A DNA stretch of 64,000 nt from an uncultured Gammaproteobacteria bacterium (GTDB taxonomy: Bacteria; Patescibacteriota; Microgenomatia; UBA10105; UBA927): contig CAYUKU010000001.1 of the NCBI GenBank assembly GCA_964445435.1, positions 183,751 to 247,750 on the forward strand, in the 5' to 3' direction. Of this stretch, positions 57,091 through 64,000 are shown piece after piece. Below the pieces are notes generated by a model. That model was not told the DNA's origin and did no database searches. It worked only from the letters and a program-made list of their open reading frames with translations. The first letter of the stretch is position 1. Each line of letters begins with the position of its first letter. A program made the translations under genes and the position numbers.

Positions 57091-58278
57091 CTAGCGCCGC
57101 GTAAAAAGAATGGCGTTGGGAATGTTTCTTCCGGGGCCGACTTTATAGCCGCCGCTCCAGAGCGCTGTCGACCCGCCTGAATCAAGATTCAGGGCGTTAT
57201 CCATCCCAAGGCTTTTGAGGACGCGCGCGCCTTCTGCGACTGTAGCGTTATGAACAACACCGATATAAACGGTATTCCCTTTATTGGCGATGAAACTTCG
57301 TGGCCCCTTGCTTCCTTTTTTGGGGTCGTCGTCTCCTCCGAAGACAACGGAGCCACCTGAAACCAGAAGCGGTTGGTTGGCAATCATACTGTCGATGCCG
57401 GTGTCCCTGCCCCAATCCAGGGAACGGCCAATGAAGCGGATCCATCCTGCGCCGAAGATTACAGCGGGAACCGTGCTGTATACGTTGTTTTCCGAGTTGA
57501 AGTACACTTTATTCTTGTTCATGAGAAGCGTGTCAAACGAATTGGTTTTCCCGGCGCAACTTGGGTAACTCGCGGGACAGAAATATGAGCCGTTGATTCC
57601 CGCATACGCGCCGTTTCTGGAAACGTACTCAGACAGTGAAAGGACAGGGCAGTCGTTTTTACAGGTTTCGGCGGATGCCGTATCGACGATGATGCGCGTC
57701 GTCGAGAGGTCGGCAGCCACGATATCAACGAGATATTCGCCGATTTCCAGCTCGACGCGTTGGCGCCGGTATCCCGATGACGGGGCGGTATTGTCGGCTG
57801 CCACACTTGCAGGAATAACGAAAGAGGAAGTAATTTTGTCGCGTTCTGACTTTATCGATGCACGAAGTGCCGTGAGAGAAGAGGATGCCGATGCGTAGTT
57901 GCGGCCGGAAAGAAGATCAAGAATTGTTGCAAACGCCTCATCAAGTTTTTTCGTATCGCGGCTTATCGCTTTAAGGTCCAGGAGTTCCTCGTAGGCAATG
58001 ACAGCCGCCTTGTATGTCGTTTCTATCTCTTTTATGTCGCCTTCCAGTTTCTTATTGCGGACAAATTGGTCATCATGTTGCAGGTCAAATAATTGCGCTG
58101 AAATAGAAGCTATCTGCTTGGCGAGGTGTTCGTTTTCCAGTGATTTGCCAGTGATGGTTTGTTGGATTACTGTCCAGGAATCCAGTGCCCACGTCGTGAC
58201 AGTAAGAAGAATGATGCCAACGGCTCCTGCCGCAACCAACCAATGCGAAATAGGGTGTTTCTTCGTTTTACTCCCCAT
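57091..58278 (-). CDS. Phosphodiester glycosidase (NAGPA/DUF2233) family protein with coiled-coil stalk
   Basis: TM, helical stalk, AGINGSYF, PRSFI, ALNLDSGGST, R.IPNAI. Confidence 0.8.
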   Translation of the reverse strand: MGSKTKKHPISHWLVAAGAVGIILLTVTTWALDSWTVIQQTITGKSLENEHLAKQIASISAQLFDLQHDDQFVRNKKLEGDIKEIETTYKAAVIAYEELLDLKAISRDTKKLDEAFATILDLLSGRNYASASSSLTALRASIKSERDKITSSFVIPASVAADNTAPSSGYRRQRVELEIGEYLVDIVAADLSTTRIIVDTASAETCKNDCPVLSLSEYVSRNGAYAGINGSYFCPASYPSCAGKTNSFDTLLMNKNKVYFNSENNVYSTVPAVIFGAGWIRFIGRSLDWGRDTGIDSMIANQPLLVSGGSVVFGGDDDPKKGSKGPRSFIANKGNTVYIGVVHNATVAEGARVLKSLGMDNALNLDSGGSTALWSGGYKVGPGRNIPNAILFTRR

Positions 58279-58299
58279 GAAGCCAGTGTAACTGGAATG

Positions 58300-58863
58300 T
58301 CACCCCCGCTCAAGGTAGGTGCCGGTTTCAGGGTCTATGGCGATAATTTCGCCTTCTTTGATAAACAGGGGAACGGATACAGCAGCTCCCGTTTCCACAG
58401 TCACGGTTTTCATGGCTCCGCCGACGGTATTGCCGCGTGCTCCTTCTTCCGCCTGGATTACTTTGAGTCGTACCTTCTTGGGGAACCGAATGCCGACAGC
58501 CTCGTCCCCATTTACGAGAATTTGATACGTGTCATTGGGTTTCAGCCAATTAACATAGGTTCCCAGCATTGCTTCCGGGATGCCGTATTGTTCGTAGGAA
58601 AAGTTGTCCATAAAGATGAATTTGTCCGCCTCTTTGTAGAGATACTGCATTTCGCGGGTGGCAACCGGTATTTCTTCCACAGATTCTCCGGATTTGTACG
58701 TAAATTCCTGGACTTTGCCGGTTTTGAGGGACTTCAGCCGCGTGCGCACGAATGCCGAGCCTTTCCCGGGATTGACGAACTGAAATTCCACAATCTGGTG
58801 CGGCTCTCCCTTAAACTCGACAAATATGCCTTTGGCAAAATCGGCGGTGGTGATCGTTGACAT
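58300..58863 (-). CDS. efp: Elongation factor P (Lys-type loop)
   Basis: FVNPGKGSAFVRTRLK, MQYLY, FMD...YEQ, GNT, ETG..V.VPLFI. Confidence 0.97.
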   Translation of the reverse strand: MSTITTADFAKGIFVEFKGEPHQIVEFQFVNPGKGSAFVRTRLKSLKTGKVQEFTYKSGESVEEIPVATREMQYLYKEADKFIFMDNFSYEQYGIPEAMLGTYVNWLKPNDTYQILVNGDEAVGIRFPKKVRLKVIQAEEGARGNTVGGAMKTVTVETGAAVSVPLFIKEGEIIAIDPETGTYLERG

Positions 58864-58878
58864 AAGAACGCTATTATC

Positions 58879-61038
58879 TCACGTCGGCCAGGGTGTGACA
58901 ATGAGGGGAGGGGCACCAGGACTTACAAATTTCCAGATTTGTTCAGTTACAAACGGCATAAACGGGTGGCTTAACGTTAAGATTCGTTTGTAGACATGAA
59001 CAAGTACGGCGAGCGCTTTAGGATCCTTGGCCCTGAAACGGTCTTTGTTTTTCTCGAGATGAACGTCTGCCACGCGATGCCACGCGAAATCATAGAGGGC
59101 GAGCGCTGCGTCAGAAAGGCGGTAGGACGCCATGAGTTTCTCCACTCGGGAGGTAAGAAGCGTTACTTCCGTTAATATGCGCTTGTCATGGGGATCGGTA
59201 AGTGTTTTATGCATGGGCATGTCATAGGTGGGAATTGCCATTCCCTCGGCATTCATCTGTATGAATCTGGCCATGTTCCAGAGTTTATTGGCGAAATTGC
59301 GCATTCCTCTGATTTTGTCCTCTGAGAGCGATTGGTCGTTGCCGGCAGCCGTTCCAAATACCAATGCCATTCTAAGGGCGTCCGCGCCGTATTGGTCTAT
59401 CATTTTCAATGGATTGATCACGTTGCCTTTCGATTTGCTCATCTTCTGGCCTTTGGCGTCACGCACCAGTCCATGAAGATACACGGTGCGGAACGGAACG
59501 TCACCTGTGACATAGAGTCCAAGCATAACCATCCGGCATACCCACCAAGGGAGTATGTCGTAGCCTGTTTCCATAACCGACGTGGGGTAAAAATAGGTAC
59601 GGTCATCATTTCCTGTCGCGGTCAGGGTGGCAAACGGCCACTGCCCGGAGGAAAACCAGGTGTCAAATGTGTCGGTGTCCTGGGTCAGATTATTCTGTCC
59701 GCAATGCTCACACGACGCTGGGGTTGCCCCCTGGGTGATCGTCCACGTTTCACACGATTGGCATTTCCAGGCGGGAATCCGGATGCCCCACACAATCTGG
59801 CGGGAGATATTCCAGTCATGGAAGTTGGTAAGCCAATCCATTGCCGTTTTCTCAAACCGCTTGGGTACGAAGGCAATCTTTTTGGTTTTTATGGCTTTTT
59901 TGGCAACGTCTGCAAGCGGTTTTACTTTCACAAACCATTGAGACATAGGCAAAGGTTCTATGACGGTGCCGCACTTGTAGCACGTGCCGATTCTGTGCGT
60001 ATATGCCTCGTCTGTTTTCAGAAGAAGGCCGCCTTCTTTAAGGTCCTCAATCATCATGGCGCGGGCTGCTGCTACTTTCTGACCGTGGTATTTTTGGGCG
60101 CGGGCTACGTATTTGGGATCGGCATTCTTTTGGGCTAAAAACCAGGAGAAATCCATACGGCCGCGAAAATCGATAATCGGCGTGACGGGAAGGTTGTGTT
60201 TTTGCCCTAGCTCAAAATCATGCGGATCGTGCGCGGGGGTGACCTTCATAATACCGGTTCCAAACTCCGGGTCCACTTCTGGGTCGGGGATGACGGTCAT
60301 GGTTATCGGGCCAAGAAGCCCCATGATATCGAATGTTTTGCCGATATGGTTCTTGTACCTTTTGTCCCTGGGATTGACGGCAAGCGCGGTGTCTCTGAAT
60401 TTCGTCTCAGGACGGGCGGTTGCGATCGTAAACGGCCCGTATTTCATAAAATACAGCGGATCGTTTCGCTCTATGTATTTGACTTCAAGATCGGAGAACC
60501 CCGTGCCGCACCTGGTGCAGTAGTTGACTAACCGCACGCCCCGGTAAACGAGCCCATCGTCATGAAGGCGTTTGAAGGTTTGGTACACCGTTTCTACCAC
60601 CTTGGGGTCCAGGGTGAATACGTTGCGGGACCAATCCAAAGAGAATCCGAGGCGCCGTAGCTGGTTTTCCATTTTGCCGCGATTTTCGTGCACGAAGTCC
60701 CAGATATTCCGGTAGAGGGTTTCACGGTCGAAATCGAAGCGGCTTTTGCCTTCTTTTGCCAGATGCTTCTCGTAGACATACTGCGTTTCAAATCCTGCAT
60801 GGTCAGCGCCGGGAAGCCAGAGCGTGGGGTCGCCCTTCATCCGATGGTAGCGGACAAGAATATCCTCGACGACATACATAGCATGTCCCAGATGAAGATC
60901 CGCGTTGGCATTAGGAGGAGGGAGAAGAATGGTAAACGGCGTTTTGGCAGGATCCTTCTTCGGCGTGAAATAGCCGCCCTTTTCCCACATGGCGTAAATA
61001 GACTCTTCCACTGATGCCGGATTGTATGCTTTGTCCAT
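58879..61038 (-). CDS. valS: Valine--tRNA ligase (719 aa, compact)
   Basis: PPPNANADLHLGHA, DWNISRQ..WG.RIP, DTFDTWFSS..WPF, KMSKSKGN; ATG 61038 follows the T-box terminator. Confidence 0.96.
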   Translation of the reverse strand: MDKAYNPASVEESIYAMWEKGGYFTPKKDPAKTPFTILLPPPNANADLHLGHAMYVVEDILVRYHRMKGDPTLWLPGADHAGFETQYVYEKHLAKEGKSRFDFDRETLYRNIWDFVHENRGKMENQLRRLGFSLDWSRNVFTLDPKVVETVYQTFKRLHDDGLVYRGVRLVNYCTRCGTGFSDLEVKYIERNDPLYFMKYGPFTIATARPETKFRDTALAVNPRDKRYKNHIGKTFDIMGLLGPITMTVIPDPEVDPEFGTGIMKVTPAHDPHDFELGQKHNLPVTPIIDFRGRMDFSWFLAQKNADPKYVARAQKYHGQKVAAARAMMIEDLKEGGLLLKTDEAYTHRIGTCYKCGTVIEPLPMSQWFVKVKPLADVAKKAIKTKKIAFVPKRFEKTAMDWLTNFHDWNISRQIVWGIRIPAWKCQSCETWTITQGATPASCEHCGQNNLTQDTDTFDTWFSSGQWPFATLTATGNDDRTYFYPTSVMETGYDILPWWVCRMVMLGLYVTGDVPFRTVYLHGLVRDAKGQKMSKSKGNVINPLKMIDQYGADALRMALVFGTAAGNDQSLSEDKIRGMRNFANKLWNMARFIQMNAEGMAIPTYDMPMHKTLTDPHDKRILTEVTLLTSRVEKLMASYRLSDAALALYDFAWHRVADVHLEKNKDRFRAKDPKALAVLVHVYKRILTLSHPFMPFVTEQIWKFVSPGAPPLIVTPWPT

Positions 61039-61054
61039 ATGCTTATTTAACCAC

Positions 61055-61207
61055 AAAAAAAGGTACCCTTTGTATAAGGACCGCGCCTCATCGGCGGGTG
61101 GTACCACCTTATTTGCTTCTCATGGTCGCTGTTACGGGCGTACCCGATCGCGCTTACTCTCGTTTCGGCGGATAGCTTGTCCCGTGACTGGCGGGACTCA
61201 GGCGCTT
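61055..61207 (-). ncRNA. T-box riboswitch leader (valine)
   Basis: Antiterminator AAGG-UGGUACC-ACC.CGCC/GGCG.GGU-CCUU (61110-61076), overlapping terminator hairpin and U7 (61061-61055), candidate specifier GUA in GAGAGUAAGCGC (61157-61155), TATAAT at 61219-61214. Confidence 0.85.
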
Positions 61208-61228
61208 TTCTCTATTATACGAAGAGCG

Positions 61229-62086
61229 TTAGAGCTCTTCAAGTTTTACGTTATCAGTCTGCTTGTCTTTGACAAGTTCGAGGTAGCGTTCGGTTGTCGA
61301 AAGCCGCTTGTGGCCGACCAGCTTGGAAAGCGTGGTGATCGGCGTTCCGGCCATGAGATGATGGGCGATGAATGTGTGGCGAAGATCATTGACTTTCGCT
61401 CCTTCAATTCCCGCGATACGGAAATAGCGGTCTATGGCAGTTCTGATGTTTCTGATAAGGAGGGGACGGCCGGTTTTCGTGATAAACAGTGAGACGCTTG
61501 ATGCATCTTTGTTGCGGGTTGCAAGGTAATGATCAAGCGCTTCTTTGGCGGCTTTGTTCAGCGGCACCGTTCGCTCTTCGTGGCCTTCCTGAGCTGCGAT
61601 GTGAAGCGACGCTCCGTCAAGATCGCTTGTTTTGAGGTTGGCCAGTTCTCCGATCCGGATGCCGGTCTGGAGAAAAAGCTCAACGATTGCGTAAATGCGA
61701 AGATCGCCCCGGCACGCATCGCGAAGTGCGCGGTATTCTATTTTGGAGAGGATGCGGGGAGGCTTGACTTCGTACCTGGGGTGTTCAATTTCAATGGCGG
61801 GGTCCGAAGCAACGATTCCGGTAGTCTTAAGAAACCGGAAAAACGTCTTAATCGAATTAATTTTGCGTGAAATGGATTTGGGCGTGTAGCTGTCTGCTGC
61901 AAGTTTCTTGAGAAACGCATCGAGCTCATCGCGTCCAACGTCTTCGATGTTTTTCTTGCCCATGTTGGTAAGGAAGTCCGTAAGCTGTTCGATGTCTTTA
62001 CTGTATGCTACGATGGTAGCGCGAGCGCGCTTCCTGGACTCCAGGTATTGGGTAAACTGCGTGTGTGCGTCTTTAAGCGTTGTCAT
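61229..62086 (-). CDS. XerC/XerD-like tyrosine recombinase
   Basis: SAM-like N-domain (TI.AY..DI.Q), TGIRIGEL, NDLRHTF, LVGH..LSTTERY. Confidence 0.88.
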   Translation of the reverse strand: MTTLKDAHTQFTQYLESRKRARATIVAYSKDIEQLTDFLTNMGKKNIEDVGRDELDAFLKKLAADSYTPKSISRKINSIKTFFRFLKTTGIVASDPAIEIEHPRYEVKPPRILSKIEYRALRDACRGDLRIYAIVELFLQTGIRIGELANLKTSDLDGASLHIAAQEGHEERTVPLNKAAKEALDHYLATRNKDASSVSLFITKTGRPLLIRNIRTAIDRYFRIAGIEGAKVNDLRHTFIAHHLMAGTPITTLSKLVGHKRLSTTERYLELVKDKQTDNVKLEEL

Positions 62087-62198
62087 ATGTTTGTCGCTGG
62101 CAGGTTAGCTTGTGACAGGTTTTGGCTGATTGCAAGCACCAAAAGAAGCTAAAGATACCCTATAATATCATGAAAGAAGCCATTTCGCAAGGGCGAGT

Positions 62199-62549
62199 AT
62201 GAAACTTGAAAAAATCGTCTCATTTCGCCTCGTGGTCGGCCTTCTGAGTTTCCTTCTTTCCATAGGACTCCTGCGCTCAATCATGGGCCATATAACCAGG
62301 CAGGATATTGTTACTTCTCGCGAAGAGGTGCTTAAAAAGGAAGAGGAGCGCAAGCGGGAGCTGGAAGCAAGTCTCGTTGAGGCTACCAGTGCTGCCTTTA
62401 TCGAGAAGCAGGCGCGTGAGAAGCTTGGCCTGGTCAAGCCCGGGGATACGGTTGTGCTTTTGGGCCCCTCAGAGGGCTTAGAAACGGCTGATAGTGAGAA
62501 GACGCGTGCTATGAGTAATTGGGAGCGGTGGTGGAGGCTGTTTTTCTAG
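62199..62549 (+). CDS. Septum formation initiator FtsB/DivIC family
   Basis: TM helix, coiled coil, FIEKQAREKLGLVKPGD, NWERWWRLFF. Confidence 0.85.
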   Translation: MKLEKIVSFRLVVGLLSFLLSIGLLRSIMGHITRQDIVTSREEVLKKEEERKRELEASLVEATSAAFIEKQAREKLGLVKPGDTVVLLGPSEGLETADSEKTRAMSNWERWWRLFF

Positions 62550-62556
62550 CTTTGGG

Positions 62557-62628
62557 TGTCAAGGGTGGGGATCGAACCCACGACCGCAGCGTTATGAATG
62601 CTGTGCTCTACCACTGAGCTACCCTGAC
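62557..62628 (-). tRNA. tRNA-Met (CAT), probably elongator; CCA not encoded
   Basis: GTCAGGG-TAGCTCAGTGGTAGAGC-A-CAGCA-TTCATAA-CGCTG-CGGTC-GTGGG-TTCGATC-CCCAC-CCTTGAC-A; paired 1-72 and no 3GC anticodon stem, so not initiator; Ile2 not excluded. Confidence 0.9.
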
Positions 62629-62679
62629 ATGTGATGAATCTGCGCCATTCATTGTACGAAAAGTGAGGCTAAAAGGCAA

Positions 62680-64000
62680 TTACTTTGGAGGCTTCCAGTC
62701 AGGATTTACCTTCACAACCACAAATGCAGGCGTGCCGTCTGTCCAGCGGATCGTGGAGAGCGTGTCGACGTTCAGGGGTGTTTTACACGTCGCTTTATTG
62801 ACGAAGAGCTTGCCCACATTCTCCGGCTCCTCATCCGGGACTTCTGAATTATTCCCAAGCGGGCACGGGCGCACCGTGTATTGGATGCCGTCGAAGATCA
62901 TACCATCACGCTCGGTCGGCGATCCGAGTTTCTGGAATTCGGCTGGATCAAACGCCGTATAGAAGAGGTAAAAGATGAAGTTGTTGTTGCTCTCCGTCGT
63001 CATCACAATGGAAGCGTCACCATTTGATTTTTTGAGGTTCTGCACGGTTTGTATAAGTTCCGGTGTCGCGGCGCTTCTGTGCCACGGTTCATGGCGCGGG
63101 AGGTGGTAGAAATAGTTGTGAGAAAAGACTACAAATCCATATCCAAGTATGCCGACGTAGCAGAAGACAAGGGCATTTCTCATAAGTTTTTTTGAGACGA
63201 GACTGAATAATTCTATGAGCCCGTATGCCGAGATCATAAGAAGCGCAGGGATCATGAGACTTGCGCGCTGGACATTGGACAGATCTTCCCAGGTAAGGCC
63301 GGCAGGCAGTGCGCCGATCGCAAGCCAAAGAAGAGGGATAAGAAGATGATATTTGCGTTTCCGAAGGCCATCCAAAAGAAGCGCCGCGCCCCCCAACAAA
63401 AGAAGCGGCAGATCCACAAGGTACATATTCGCGCTCCAGGGAATTTTGTAGCGGATAGGCATGCCGGTGGAGTCAAACAGAAATTCTCCGTTGAAATGCC
63501 AGAAATAAGAAGCCAGAAACAGCCGTCCGTAGAAGAGTGCTTTGTTGTGAAGAATACGCGTGATGATTGCGGGCCTTGTGCCGTCTTCGCCGATTTGCTG
63601 GAAGATTTCGCGGTCACCGCCCGGGATATTAAAGATGCTGACCGTGCTTGGCCGGGCAGATCCCTGACTAAACTTCATGACACCGACAAGGGTGACAAGA
63701 AGAAGCACCGCTCCTGCAATGGCGCCTGTTTTCAGGCGTTTTTCCGGTTTGTGGACAAGGAAAAGGATGACAAGAAATGGCAGGAGAAAGGCGGGGACGA
63801 AGAGTCGTGCACTGTGGTAGAAAAGAAAACTGACAAATAAAGCGGCAAAGCCGCCGAGAAGAAGAAAGAAAGGCCGGCGCGACGGGAACGCGAGTGCCCG
63901 AAGAAGAAGCCAAAAACCCAAAAGAATGAAGAATCCTGCGATGATGCCCTCGCTGGTGGCGCGGGAGATATTGATGTGTCAGGGAGAAACGGCAAGAAAT
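62680..64000 (-). pseudogene. ArnT/PMT-like GT-C glycosyltransferase, partial, with in-frame TGA
   Basis: Frame reads FLAVSP*HINISRATSEG... (TGA at 63981-63979 where SPWH...SR...E has Trp), then YHSARLFVP, Y..HF..EFLF..G...R and TM helices. Confidence 0.65.

Noticed and set aside
58864-58881. ValS-EF-P read-through fusion (same frame across TGA)
   Set aside because: Same frame occurs one time in three by chance; efp has its own ATG and no recoding signal is evident.
58159-60138. Long plus-strand ORFs (233 aa and 268 aa)
   Set aside because: Antisense shadows of efp and valS with no recognisable motifs.
61229-62628. Prophage or integrative element (tyrosine recombinase near a tRNA)
   Set aside because: An ftsB-like housekeeping gene lies between them, and no phage or conjugation genes or duplicated tRNA 3' end are visible.
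18162-63981. TGA recoding (code 4 or 25) suggested by two in-frame TGAs
   Set aside because: Conserved genes (efp, yidD, jag, rnpA, epmA) end at TGA at their expected C-termini, and other genes are full length under code 11.
1-64000. CRISPR array, rRNA, IS elements, reverse transcriptase or defence systems
   Set aside because: No repeat-spacer array, rRNA-like segment, transposase, RT or recognisable defence domain seen by eye; the window is almost fully explained by CDSs.

Overview
Bacterial chromosomal window in genetic code 11. Gene content (DUF4012 protein, DUF5652, short ValS, Jag lacking its N-domain, many GT-C membrane glycosyltransferases) suggests Patescibacteria/CPR, Microgenomates-like; this is inference. 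It begins with the 5' part of dnaA (minus strand, missed by the ORF track) and its DnaA-box-flanked promoter. About 44 kb of cell-surface genes follow: GT2/GT4/GT8/GT26/GT-C glycosyltransferases, O-antigen-ligase-like proteins, wzm/wzt, a phosphoglycosyl transferase, DegT and Gfo/Idh/MocA sugar enzymes, a radical SAM protein, a UbiA-like protein, a plant-like GT75/RGP mutase, and exported proteins. Next come rpmH-rnpA-yidD-yidC-jag, rnhA, a flippase, rplY, epmA-yggS, efp, valS behind a compact Val T-box, a Xer-like recombinase, ftsB and tRNA-Met(CAT). Highlights: (1) a T-box-valS(PPP)-efp arrangement that could be a feedback loop; (2) a possible furanose-glycan pathway; (3) dnaA and rpmH split by the glycan island; (4) pervasive leaderless promoters; (5) a low-GC block with boundaries inside two surface-protein genes; (6) two disrupted GT-C-like genes. 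All family calls come from motifs read by eye; no database searches were run.
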